IMG/VR virus record: IMGVR_UViG_3300037104_000592
Location: 18,377-82,376 of that record
Direction: 5' to 3' (one strand)
Length of the DNA stretch: 64,000 bases
Origin: a virus
Numbering within the stretch: the first letter of the stretch is position 1; every line of letters begins with the position of its first letter. Made by a program: the position numbers and the translations under genes. Below, piece after piece: positions 37,551 through 46,954 of the stretch. The notes beneath the pieces are model-generated. The model saw nothing but the letters and a program-made list of their open reading frames with translations, searched no databases and was not told the DNA's origin.

Positions 37551-40247
37551 ATGCCAAATATATTAAACATAGATAAGTTTTGTGAAAACTTAAAAGGAAT
37601 TTCTTCTTTAAAAGCTATTGATAAAAGAAAATTCCATCCAAATGGATTATTCTCAGAGCAGATATTTGGTCCTTTAAAAAATTATACATGTCAATGTGGA
37701 ATATATCATGGAGTATCCAATGCAGGTGGAACTTGCGAAATATGTGGAGTTGATATTGTTCATAGTATTGAGAGAAGAAGAAGATTTGGAAAAATTGTTC
37801 TACCTTTGAAAGTTGTTAATCCAATTTTTTATGATTTGGTTATAAAATTGGGTGGAAATATATTAAAAAAGAATATAGATGAGTTAATGAAAAATGAAAA
37901 AAGTTATTTATATAAAGATGAAAATGATTATATTGTAGAAACTAAGTTACCCCATCCTACTAATACTCAAATATGGGATAGATCTGAAGCAATTTTTGAA
38001 TTAGTAAATGGACTTGCTACAGAGTTGGGAAATAATGAAAGTGGAATGGGAATTAAAGAATGGGAATTAATAAAAAATAATATTGATTGTTTATTTATTA
38101 AAAATGTTATAGTGTTACCACCTGATTTAAGACCTGCTGCAAAAGGAATGGATAAGAACGATCAACGAATGGATAAGATAAATAGATTTTATGTTCAAAT
38201 TCTTACAAAAAAAGAAAGTATGAGAAATACTCCTATAAATATAGAAACTGATAAAAGCGTATATTACAATTTTTTCAAGCAATTACAGAGAGATGTTAAT
38301 GAATTATATGAACATATTATTTCAAAAATATCCAAGAAAGAAGGTTTAATAAGAGGAAATATTTTAGGGAAGAGAATAGATTTCTCAGGTAGAGCTGTTA
38401 TTGTTCCAGAACCTTCTTTGAAATTAGATGAATGTAGTCTTCCATATTTAATGGTTTTAGAATTATTTAAAATTCAATTATCTAAAAAACTTATAGATTT
38501 AAAACAGTTTAAATTATTAAATGAAGCAATTGATTTTGTTGATAGGTGTATAGAATTATCAGATCCTATTTTATTTAATATTTGTCAAGACATAGTTAAA
38601 AATGAAGTTTGTTTACTTAATAGACAACCAACTTTACATAGATTAGGAATGATTGGATTTAAGATAAAAACTTCTTTAGATAAAGTTATAAAGATACACC
38701 CCCTAGTTTGTCCAGGATTTAATTCGGATTTTGATGGAGATCAAATGGCAGTATATATTCCGATTTCTGATAGGACAAAAGCAGAAGTTAGAGAAAAATT
38801 TATGTCAACTAAAAATTTATCTAATCCTTCAAATGGAAGTTTAATTACTATTCCAAGTCAGGATATGGTTTTAGGAATTTATATGTTGACTACATCATCA
38901 TTTGGAGAAGTTGAATATAAAGGTGAAAAAATAACAATTGGATCCAAAATATTCAATGAATGTTTACCAAGTGATTATCCATTAATAAATGGTTCAATAA
39001 ATAATAAGATCTTAAAAGAAACATTAAATGATATTAAAAATAAATATCCAGATGAAATAGTAACTGAAGTATTAGATAAAATAAAAGAAGTTGGTTTTAG
39101 ATTTTCAACAATATATGGAACCTCAATGTCTTTGAAGCATATTTCAATTGATGGAATTGATAAAATTAAAAATGATATTTATTCATTGGATAATATTCAA
39201 GATCAATTATCTGCAATCTCTAGTAAAAAAACTGAAGATATAATGAGGAAAAACTTTAAATATTCTTATCTTATAGATTCAGGTGCAAGAGGAAAATGGG
39301 ATCAGGTAAGACAAATAATTTTAACAAGAGGATATATTTCTAATTTTCAAGGAGATATTCTCCCAACCCCAATAAAGCATAATTTAATAGAAGGTTTAGA
39401 TCAACAAGAGTTTTTTAATTCAACATACGGTTGTAGAAAAGGATTATTAGATGTTGCATTAAATACAGGTGATTCTGGATATTTATCTAGAAAATTAATT
39501 TTCACTTGTGTTAACTTAATAATTGGGGAAGAAGATGATTGTGGAACAACAGATTATCTTGATATATTAGTTACTAGTGAAAAGAAAGCAAAAATGTTAA
39601 TTGGAAGATATTATTTAAATGATGGAAATTTATCTGAAATAACAGTTGAAAATCATAAAGGATTTGTTGGAAAATTAATTCAACTTAGAAGTCCTATTTT
39701 CTGTAAAAATGAAGAACTATGTCATAAATGTTATGGAAACTTATATAAAAATTTACATAGTAAGTTTGTAGGAATTATAGCTGCTCAAGCATGTGGAGAA
39801 GCTGGAGTTCAGCTAATTTTGAGAACATTCCATACAAGTGGTGTAGCAAAGATTTCGGAAGATCAAACAGATATGAGACAGTCAGATATCGTAAGTGATT
39901 TATCTTCTGTATCAAAAGTTCTTCATAATAAAGATAAAAAGGAATATAAAGAATTAGTTTCTAATTTATTTGACTTATATATTATAAATAGAGATATTCA
40001 CCATATTCATTTTGAATGTATAATTTCTCAAATGATGTGGAAAGGTTTTAGAAAATGGAGACTTCTACCAAATAGAGATAAAATTTCTTCAGACTATTAT
40101 TCAATTCAAACAGTTCCTGAAAAAGAAAGTTGGATTGTAGGATTAGCTTTCTCAAATCCAAAAAACCATATTTTAAAAGGAATTGTTCAAGATGGAAATT
40201 ATAAAGGAATTTTTGATAAAATAATGCTAGGAGAAATACCTAGATAA
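37551..40247 (+). CDS. rpoC: DNA-directed RNA polymerase beta' subunit (compact, 898 aa)
   Basis: GLFSEQIFGP..CQCG..CEICG, LPPDLRP, R.NILGKRIDFSGRAVI, NRQPTLHR, catalytic NSDFDGDQM, PSQDM, SGARG, RKGL.D.A..T..SGYL.RKL, AAQ..GE..QL..RTFH. Confidence 0.96.
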   Translation: MPNILNIDKFCENLKGISSLKAIDKRKFHPNGLFSEQIFGPLKNYTCQCGIYHGVSNAGGTCEICGVDIVHSIERRRRFGKIVLPLKVVNPIFYDLVIKLGGNILKKNIDELMKNEKSYLYKDENDYIVETKLPHPTNTQIWDRSEAIFELVNGLATELGNNESGMGIKEWELIKNNIDCLFIKNVIVLPPDLRPAAKGMDKNDQRMDKINRFYVQILTKKESMRNTPINIETDKSVYYNFFKQLQRDVNELYEHIISKISKKEGLIRGNILGKRIDFSGRAVIVPEPSLKLDECSLPYLMVLELFKIQLSKKLIDLKQFKLLNEAIDFVDRCIELSDPILFNICQDIVKNEVCLLNRQPTLHRLGMIGFKIKTSLDKVIKIHPLVCPGFNSDFDGDQMAVYIPISDRTKAEVREKFMSTKNLSNPSNGSLITIPSQDMVLGIYMLTTSSFGEVEYKGEKITIGSKIFNECLPSDYPLINGSINNKILKETLNDIKNKYPDEIVTEVLDKIKEVGFRFSTIYGTSMSLKHISIDGIDKIKNDIYSLDNIQDQLSAISSKKTEDIMRKNFKYSYLIDSGARGKWDQVRQIILTRGYISNFQGDILPTPIKHNLIEGLDQQEFFNSTYGCRKGLLDVALNTGDSGYLSRKLIFTCVNLIIGEEDDCGTTDYLDILVTSEKKAKMLIGRYYLNDGNLSEITVENHKGFVGKLIQLRSPIFCKNEELCHKCYGNLYKNLHSKFVGIIAAQACGEAGVQLILRTFHTSGVAKISEDQTDMRQSDIVSDLSSVSKVLHNKDKKEYKELVSNLFDLYIINRDIHHIHFECIISQMMWKGFRKWRLLPNRDKISSDYYSIQTVPEKESWIVGLAFSNPKNHILKGIVQDGNYKGIFDKIMLGEIPR

Positions 40248-40268
40248 AAAATTTTAACACCTCAGGAG

Positions 40269-43200
40269 GTGAAATTAGTGGATATAATAAATCCAAACTA
40301 TAAAATAAATGAAGAAAACAATATATTTTCAATAAGAGAAAAAGAATATAACTTAATAAAAGATAATGTAAGAGAAATTTTAAAAGCAGCAGAAGAAGTT
40401 GGTTTTTTAGTTAATGAACTTGGAATAACGGAATCTAAATTCTCATCTGGAGAATTACAGAAAACATTAAAGAAAAATTTAGTTATAAAATTAAGACGAG
40501 GATCTTCTGACATAGACTTATCTATGGCTATTCCAAAATTAATTGATAAAAATTATGTTATAATTGGAGGAAGGAAAAAAGTTCCTTTATTTCAATTATT
40601 TGATATTCCTGTAGTTACAAGAGGAAAAACTATAAAAATCAGAACCAATGTAGCAAGTATGATGATAGTAGATGAAAAAGAATTTCCATTTATTCATCTA
40701 TCAATTTTTAATAAAAAAGTTCCATTGTCCTTAGTCATATTTGCTTACTATGGTTTAGAAGAAACAAAAAATAAATTTAGTTTAGATAAAATAGAAATTC
40801 CTGAAATAAAAACTTTACATGATAAATTAATGACAGATTTAAAAGATTTTTATGAAGGATCAGAAGGGTTTACAAAAGAAGAATTTATCAAAGAAGTTGG
40901 TAAATTCTTCTCAACAAATGATGCAAAAAATAAAGGTGAAGATTTAATTTATGCTCTAGATCTTATTTTAAAGACCGATATAATGTCAGCTAAATTTTTC
41001 AAAACTGGAAACATTTTAGATGAAATTGTTGAGGTTATTAAATTAGGTGGTTATGATGATACTGATTTAAGAAATAAAAGAGTAAGGTGTTTTGAATATG
41101 TAATTTTAGCTAAAGTATCTAAAGCAATATTTGATCTATGTATGTCAAATAGATCAACCACAAGACAAGCTAAATTTAATGTAAATTCCAGTCAAATTTT
41201 ATCAGATTGTAATGTTTCAGATATTGTTCAATTTGATTTTTCAATAAATCCAATTGAACAATTAACAAAATTAACAAGAACAAGTTTGGTTGGTCCTGGT
41301 GGGTTTGACAGAGAAAATGTTCCAGAATATCTAAGAGATATTAATCCATCAATGTTTGGAAGAATTTGTCCTGTTGATACTCCTGATAGAGATAACTGTG
41401 GAATATTACAAAGTTTATTACCAAATACACCATTAGATGAAAATTTAAAATTTACAGATGAATCATTAGAAAAATCACCTATTTCTATTCCAGTTTCTTT
41501 AGTTCCATTTTTAGAACATGATGATCAAACTAGATTACAAATGGCATCATCACAAATGAGACAGTCTATTATGTTATCAGAGTTTGAAGTTCCTATGGTT
41601 CAATCGGGATGTGAAGGGTTATATACAGATCATAGTAGCTTTATAAAAAAGGCTAGAAAAAATGGAAAAGTATCTTATGTAGATCAGTTTAATATAATTA
41701 TTGTTTATGATGATAATGATTATGATATTTTTGATGTATCAAATAGAAGAATATATGTTGAAAATATGGATGTTATGAACATATATGTTTCTAAAGGAGA
41801 TAAAGTTAAAAAAGGAACGATTATTGCTGAAAGTAATTATTGTAAAGATGGAAAAATAAATTTTGGAAGAAATTTATTAACAGCTGTTATGCCATATTAT
41901 GGATATAATTATGAGGATGCAATTGTTATTTCTGATAGATTAGTAAAAGAAAATATTTTTACATCTATTCATTATATTGATTTATCATTTGTATTACCAG
42001 CAGATAAAATTTTACTTAGTTTAGAAAAAGATAAATATAAACCCCTTCCAACTCCAAAACCATATATAGATTTGGAAGAAGGAATTACAGAAGAAGAAAA
42101 AAGAAAAAGAAAAAGAGAATTAGTTTTAAAGGGTCAACATTATGCTATAATTAAACAAATTCCATCTACTACTTTGGATTACAATTCTATTTTCGAGGAA
42201 GAGATACCTTTAACTGCTAAAAGAGATATTTTAGTAACTGAAGTAAATATTTATCCTAATAAATGGAATGACTCAATTCCAAAATTTAATGAATGGATAG
42301 ATAAAAAATCTAAAGAACAAATAGATCAAGAGAATAAATTTAAGAGAATTATTTATGAAAATCTACCAAAAAGAAATGCTGATCAATATATAAGAGATCA
42401 TAATCTAGATAGATTTTCTCATATTGGAAAGTTTAAAATTAAAGGTGAAGAAATAAAAGGAACTTTAATTGAGATGTTTGGTTTTTATGTTAGACCAATT
42501 ACTATTGGAGATAAGATTGGAAACAGACATGGAAATAAAGGTGTAATTTCAAAAATAGTTCCACATAATCTTATGCCTAAATTAGAAGATGGAAGAAATG
42601 TTGATATATGTATAAATCCTTTAGGTGTTCCTTCGAGAATGAATGTTGGTCAAATATTTGAGTTACATTCTGCAATGTCTTTATATGATTTAAAAAAGAC
42701 TATGTTAAAAATGATAAAAGAAGGAAAATCCAAAGACGAATTGAAAACATATATTTTAAATTATATTAAAATCATTGATAATACAGAAAATAATTGGTAT
42801 TATAAACAGTTTGAAAAAAATATAAAAACTATAAATAAAAAGTTTATAGAAGATCTTACTATTCTTGCTCCACCATTTGAATCATCAACTAGAAAAATGA
42901 TATTAGATGCTTGTGAATATACAAATACCAAAACTGAATTTAAAGTATACGAACCATATGAAAAAATTGATATTCATGATATAGCTTGTGGGTTTATATA
43001 TTTCTTTAGAATGGTTCACATAGCTGAAAATAGATTAGCAGCTAGAGGGATTGGTTCATATGGAAGAAGAACAATGCAACCAGGTGGTGGTCGTAAACAC
43101 AAAGGAGGACAACGTTGTGGAGAGATGGAAATCGCAGCAATCATTGCTCATGGTGGACTTGAAAATCTATATGAAACTTTAACAACCAAGTCAGATTGTA

Positions 43201-43334
43201 TAGATCTTAAAAATAAACATATTAAGCAAGAAATAGGATCAGATTTCTTTAGAGAAAAAGAAGGAGATATTATAAAACCTGAAGCAGTTCAGCTTTTAGA
43301 GAATTATCTAACTGTTTTGGGTATAGAAAAATAA
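40269..43334 (+). CDS. rpoB: DNA-directed RNA polymerase beta subunit-like, copy 2
   Basis: GPGG, GRICPVDTP, PFLEHDD..R..M...MRQ, GYNYEDAI, GDKIGNRHGNKG, NPLGVPSRMNVGQ, GGQRCGEME. Confidence 0.95.
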   Translation: MKLVDIINPNYKINEENNIFSIREKEYNLIKDNVREILKAAEEVGFLVNELGITESKFSSGELQKTLKKNLVIKLRRGSSDIDLSMAIPKLIDKNYVIIGGRKKVPLFQLFDIPVVTRGKTIKIRTNVASMMIVDEKEFPFIHLSIFNKKVPLSLVIFAYYGLEETKNKFSLDKIEIPEIKTLHDKLMTDLKDFYEGSEGFTKEEFIKEVGKFFSTNDAKNKGEDLIYALDLILKTDIMSAKFFKTGNILDEIVEVIKLGGYDDTDLRNKRVRCFEYVILAKVSKAIFDLCMSNRSTTRQAKFNVNSSQILSDCNVSDIVQFDFSINPIEQLTKLTRTSLVGPGGFDRENVPEYLRDINPSMFGRICPVDTPDRDNCGILQSLLPNTPLDENLKFTDESLEKSPISIPVSLVPFLEHDDQTRLQMASSQMRQSIMLSEFEVPMVQSGCEGLYTDHSSFIKKARKNGKVSYVDQFNIIIVYDDNDYDIFDVSNRRIYVENMDVMNIYVSKGDKVKKGTIIAESNYCKDGKINFGRNLLTAVMPYYGYNYEDAIVISDRLVKENIFTSIHYIDLSFVLPADKILLSLEKDKYKPLPTPKPYIDLEEGITEEEKRKRKRELVLKGQHYAIIKQIPSTTLDYNSIFEEEIPLTAKRDILVTEVNIYPNKWNDSIPKFNEWIDKKSKEQIDQENKFKRIIYENLPKRNADQYIRDHNLDRFSHIGKFKIKGEEIKGTLIEMFGFYVRPITIGDKIGNRHGNKGVISKIVPHNLMPKLEDGRNVDICINPLGVPSRMNVGQIFELHSAMSLYDLKKTMLKMIKEGKSKDELKTYILNYIKIIDNTENNWYYKQFEKNIKTINKKFIEDLTILAPPFESSTRKMILDACEYTNTKTEFKVYEPYEKIDIHDIACGFIYFFRMVHIAENRLAARGIGSYGRRTMQPGGGRKHKGGQRCGEMEIAAIIAHGGLENLYETLTTKSDCIDLKNKHIKQEIGSDFFREKEGDIIKPEAVQLLENYLTVLGIEK

Positions 43335-43339
43335 TTAAT

Positions 43340-43375
43340 TGGGAGATTAATTGTGAAATTAATCTCCCACATTTT
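43340..43375 (+). terminator. hairpin terminator after beta'/beta
   Basis: tgggagattaatt-GTGA-aattaatctccca then catttt. Confidence 0.65.
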
Positions 43376-43561
43376 ATGGTGAAAAATATGCCTTGCAATT
43401 TATGTAAAGGGTTTGGATATGAAAAATGGTTTATATATAATCCTGGTTCTAGTCAAGCAATTATTGAACCACGTGATTGTCCAGAATGTAAAGGAACTGG
43501 ATTAGATTGGACTGATATAATCTTAGAAAAACCAGAACTATATAATAGTAAAATATATTAG
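43376..43561 (+). CDS. DnaJ-like CxxCxGxG zinc-finger family protein
   Basis: CNLCKGFG...CPECKGTGLDWTDII. Confidence 0.65.
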   Translation: MVKNMPCNLCKGFGYEKWFIYNPGSSQAIIEPRDCPECKGTGLDWTDIILEKPELYNSKIY

Positions 43562-43573
43562 ATGGTGTAATAG

Positions 43574-43813
43574 ATGGTTTTAATATGTAAAAAATGTAAC
43601 GGAGCAGGAAAAAAATTAAAAACTGAACTAATTCATAAACATTCATTTCCAGTATATCCAAGAGATTATAGATCATATTCTGCTGGTCCTTGTAAACTAT
43701 GTAATGGAAATTCTTGGTATTATGTTAATTGGGTAGATTTAGTTTTAGAATATCCAGATTTATATAATAAAAAAATATATAGGTTAGAAGAAGATGAAAT
43801 GTCCGTTTTGTAA
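43574..43813 (+). CDS. zinc-finger family paralog
   Basis: CKKCNGAG...CKLCNG...WVDLV; tail LEYPDLYNKKIY resembles previous gene. Confidence 0.65.
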   Translation: MVLICKKCNGAGKKLKTELIHKHSFPVYPRDYRSYSAGPCKLCNGNSWYYVNWVDLVLEYPDLYNKKIYRLEEDEMSVL

Positions 43814-43979
43814 TAAAGGGTTTTATGAATATATAGCAGGAAGTGAAAAAACTGATTTTAATATTAATGATATAAATCCTGATAATATAATATATAAAAA
43901 AGCAAAGTGTATAGTATGTAAAGGCTCTGGAATTTTGGATTGGGTTGATTCAATTATATATGGTTATATGGGAGAATAA
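43794..43979 (+). CDS. zinc-finger family paralog
   Basis: CPFC...CIVCKGSGILDWVDSII. Confidence 0.65.
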   Translation: MKCPFCNKGFYEYIAGSEKTDFNINDINPDNIIYKKAKCIVCKGSGILDWVDSIIYGYMGE

Positions 43980-43981
43980 AT

Positions 43982-44266
43982 ATGCTATGTCCAAGATGCA
44001 ATGGAGTTAAAGAAATAATTGTTGCAAATTTTAATTCTTATTCAGTATTTGAAAGATGTAAAATGTGTAAAGGAACAGGGGAAGCAGATTGGTTAGATAT
44101 AGTAGTATGTGAAAAAAATTCATCATTTTTGTTTGATGAAGAAGAATTTTCATATTTTATTAAAGAAAATGAACCGAACGTTGATATTTTTGCTGTAAAA
44201 GCTCAGATGGAAGAACTATTATCAAGTTCAAAATATAGATATAAAATTCATCATTTAAAAGATTGA
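43982..44266 (+). CDS. zinc-finger family paralog
   Basis: CPRCNG...CKMCKGTGEADWLDIV. Confidence 0.65.
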   Translation: MLCPRCNGVKEIIVANFNSYSVFERCKMCKGTGEADWLDIVVCEKNSSFLFDEEEFSYFIKENEPNVDIFAVKAQMEELLSSSKYRYKIHHLKD

Positions 44267-44281
44267 GGTGCAAATTGAAAT

Positions 44282-44539
44282 ATGTTAGGTAAACAATATT
44301 GTCCTGAATGTGGAGCAGAAATAGGATTTGATATTAAAATCCCAGAAAAGTCTTATTTAATTGATTATGATAAAGGATTTTCTAGAAATGATAATAATGA
44401 TGCTTGGAGTCCAAATGGAGATGGTTTATATTTTGAGTTTTATTGCACGGAAGATATGATGCATGAATTAAATGATAGTATATCAGAAGAGTGGAAAGAC
44501 GAAGTTATTAAAAATTTTAAAGATTGGATAAAAAAATAA
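44282..44539 (+). CDS. hypothetical zinc-ribbon protein
   Basis: CPECG...C....H. Confidence 0.55.
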   Translation: MLGKQYCPECGAEIGFDIKIPEKSYLIDYDKGFSRNDNNDAWSPNGDGLYFEFYCTEDMMHELNDSISEEWKDEVIKNFKDWIKK

Positions 44540-44937
44540 TGCATATAGATGAACTTATTTTTGATGATTTATGTAAAGAACGTGGATTTAAACAATTTAG
44601 AAATGGACATCCTGATAGATATGTTGCATTAATAAAAAATAAATTTATTTATATAGCTAGAGTCGAAATTAAAAGTAAAAATGGAACTTTATCAAAATCT
44701 CAAAAAAGAATGGAAAAATTCTCTATTTTTGATTTCATACCATTCTTTAAGGTTAATAGCAATCAATTTAATAAATTTTTAAACCCAATAATTTTTAAAA
44801 AAGAAGCTTTTAAAACAAAATGGAAAAAGAGTATGGAATTTTTTCCATTTGATGAACCCACTATATATGATAGATTGTCTGTTATTTCAAAACAATTAAA
44901 AAAATTATCCAAAGTTATAGAAAAGAGTATAAAATGA
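44539..44937 (+). CDS. VRR-NUC-like PD-(D/E)XK nuclease
   Basis: GHPDRY...VEIKSKNGTLSKSQ. Confidence 0.6.
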   Translation: MHIDELIFDDLCKERGFKQFRNGHPDRYVALIKNKFIYIARVEIKSKNGTLSKSQKRMEKFSIFDFIPFFKVNSNQFNKFLNPIIFKKEAFKTKWKKSMEFFPFDEPTIYDRLSVISKQLKKLSKVIEKSIK

Positions 44938-45308
44938 ATAAAGAAAATACACAAAGATTAACAGAAAATTTTCCTAAACTATATGGAGAAAACTTTCGAT
45001 TTTCATGTATGGATGGGTGGTTTAATCTTATATATGATTTGTCAGAAGAAATAACTAAATTGGATCCTGAATGTCAAGCAGCTCAAGTTAAAGAAAAATT
45101 TGGCGGATTAAGATTTTACATAGGTGCAAGACCAAAAGAAATATGGAACTTAATTGCTAAATATGAAAATGAATCTTGGAAAATTTGTGAGAGTTGTGGA
45201 TCATCTGAAAATGTAAAAAGAACCAGTGGTGGGTGGGTTCATAGTTTTTGTAATAATTGTACAGAAGAGTATTATAAAGAAAGGAAAAAAGATATAAATG
45301 ACAAGTGA
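44934..45308 (+). CDS. conserved phage protein (QVKEKFGGLRFY family)
   Basis: GW..LI...QVKEKFGGLRFY...CESCG...C..C. Confidence 0.7.
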   Translation: MNKENTQRLTENFPKLYGENFRFSCMDGWFNLIYDLSEEITKLDPECQAAQVKEKFGGLRFYIGARPKEIWNLIAKYENESWKICESCGSSENVKRTSGGWVHSFCNNCTEEYYKERKKDINDK

Positions 45309-46152
45309 ACTTCCAGATATACAGCACTCTGAAATTCCGAAATATAAAATATATATAAATCAAGTTGGTGTTGATCATGTTAAAGTTCCATTTTTATTAG
45401 ATAGTTTGTATGGGGGAACTCATAGTCTTATAGCTGATGTTGAAATGTCTGCTGATTTAAGAGAAGATATTAAAGGAATATCTATGTCTAAACTTTTAAG
45501 AACTTTAATTAAATATTTAGATAAACCTTTAAAACATGAAATAATTCAACAAATTTTAGAAGAGTTTAAAACAGCTGTTGAAACTGATTCAGAACATAGT
45601 GTTATTAAATTTGAGTTTGAATTACCAATTAATAAAAAAGCGCCAAAATCAAATATGGTTTTTCCTCAATTTTATAAATGTGGATTTTCTGGAAAATTAG
45701 ATCATACTGAGTTTAGATTCTTTTCTAAAGTTAGGGTTCAATATCAATCCTATTGTCCATGTTCAGCATCTTTATGTAATCATTTATATGAAAATGGAGT
45801 TAATGGGTTTCCTCATGCGCAAAGAAGTTTCTGTGATTTATTAGTTGAAGTGAAACCTGAAAATGTTATCTGGTTAGAAACATTAATTGAATTAGTCGAA
45901 AATGCAGTTTCAAATAGAGTTTATCCTCTACTTCGAAGAATGGATGAACAAATAGTTGCTAAAATTGCTGCTGAAAATCCTCAATTTGTTGAAGATAGTA
46001 TTAGAAGAATTTGTAATGCTTTAAATCAAGAAGAGTTTATTTATGATTATATTTTGAAATGTAGTCATGAAGAATCAATACATACTTCAAATGCAATAGC
46101 AACTGCTTGGAAAGGAGTTCCTGCCGGATTTCGTGGGACATATTATTTATGA
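45298..46152 (+). CDS. folE2: GTP cyclohydrolase IB
   Basis: LPDIQ, KGISMS, SYCPCS, PHAQRS, NPQFVED, EESIH..NA. Confidence 0.92.
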   Translation: MTSELPDIQHSEIPKYKIYINQVGVDHVKVPFLLDSLYGGTHSLIADVEMSADLREDIKGISMSKLLRTLIKYLDKPLKHEIIQQILEEFKTAVETDSEHSVIKFEFELPINKKAPKSNMVFPQFYKCGFSGKLDHTEFRFFSKVRVQYQSYCPCSASLCNHLYENGVNGFPHAQRSFCDLLVEVKPENVIWLETLIELVENAVSNRVYPLLRRMDEQIVAKIAAENPQFVEDSIRRICNALNQEEFIYDYILKCSHEESIHTSNAIATAWKGVPAGFRGTYYL

Positions 46153-46409
46153 AAAAATCACTATTAGAAGATTTAAGTTATTCTTTAAAACCAATTTCTG
46201 AAGCAGACTATGTTTTTGGTATTGAAAATAATAAAATAATAACTTTAAAATCAAGAACCGGAAGTACTTATCCAAATAATAAAAATCATAGTATTAAAGA
46301 AATATATGATATAATTAAAAAAATAGTTACAGATTTTAAATCAATTGATACATCACAATCTAAAAAACTAAAAAAAAGAACTGTCTTATTTTTACAATTA
46401 GAAGAATAA
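46149..46409 (+). CDS. hypothetical protein
   Basis: ATGA overlap with folE2. Confidence 0.5.
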   Translation: MKKSLLEDLSYSLKPISEADYVFGIENNKIITLKSRTGSTYPNNKNHSIKEIYDIIKKIVTDFKSIDTSQSKKLKKRTVLFLQLEE

Positions 46410-46431
46410 ATAAAATTATTGGGGGAGTATA

Positions 46432-46950
46432 ATGTATAAAAAACTTAAAAATTTAATAGATAAATGTTGTTGTTTCAAAAAAACTTCTCATAAATTTTCT
46501 GAGATCAAATCATTGGAAGAATGGGAAAAAATAGAAAAAGAGTGGAAACAAAATCATCCTATTCTTTACATTTTAAGAGAAACTTATTATTGGTGTTATA
46601 GACTATGGAATCATAAAATAGCTATGATACCAAAAGAAATAAAATGGTTTTGTCAAAGAGGAAGAAGAGGATATTCAGATTGTGATGTTTGGAGTTTTGA
46701 TTGGTATTTAGCTGAAGTTATTTCAAAAGGGTGTAAACAATTAGCTAAAGAAAAACATGGATATCCTTATGGTTTAACTGAAGAAGAATGGGATGTAATT
46801 ATAAATAAAATATCTGATGGATTTGAAGAGTATATGAAAATTATAGATCATGAAGAAGAATATGATAAAATTACTCAAGAAGATTTCGATAAAAAAATGG
46901 ATGAACTTTTTGGATTATTAAGAAAATATTTTGTAAACTTATGGGATTAA
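46432..46950 (+). CDS. conserved phage protein (paralog of 60757-61302)
   Basis: RG(Y/F)...WS...I...L....G.P....W..I..K...F...LF..(Y/W)F..LW shared. Confidence 0.65.
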   Translation: MYKKLKNLIDKCCCFKKTSHKFSEIKSLEEWEKIEKEWKQNHPILYILRETYYWCYRLWNHKIAMIPKEIKWFCQRGRRGYSDCDVWSFDWYLAEVISKGCKQLAKEKHGYPYGLTEEEWDVIINKISDGFEEYMKIIDHEEEYDKITQEDFDKKMDELFGLLRKYFVNLWD

Positions 46951-46954
46951 AATT

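Noticed and set aside
29992-43334. Eukaryotic giant virus (NCLDV), given RNAP and ubiquitin enzymes
   Set aside because: Shine-Dalgarno sites, overlapping operonic genes, bacterial-type beta/beta' motifs and prokaryotic E1/E2/JAB families.
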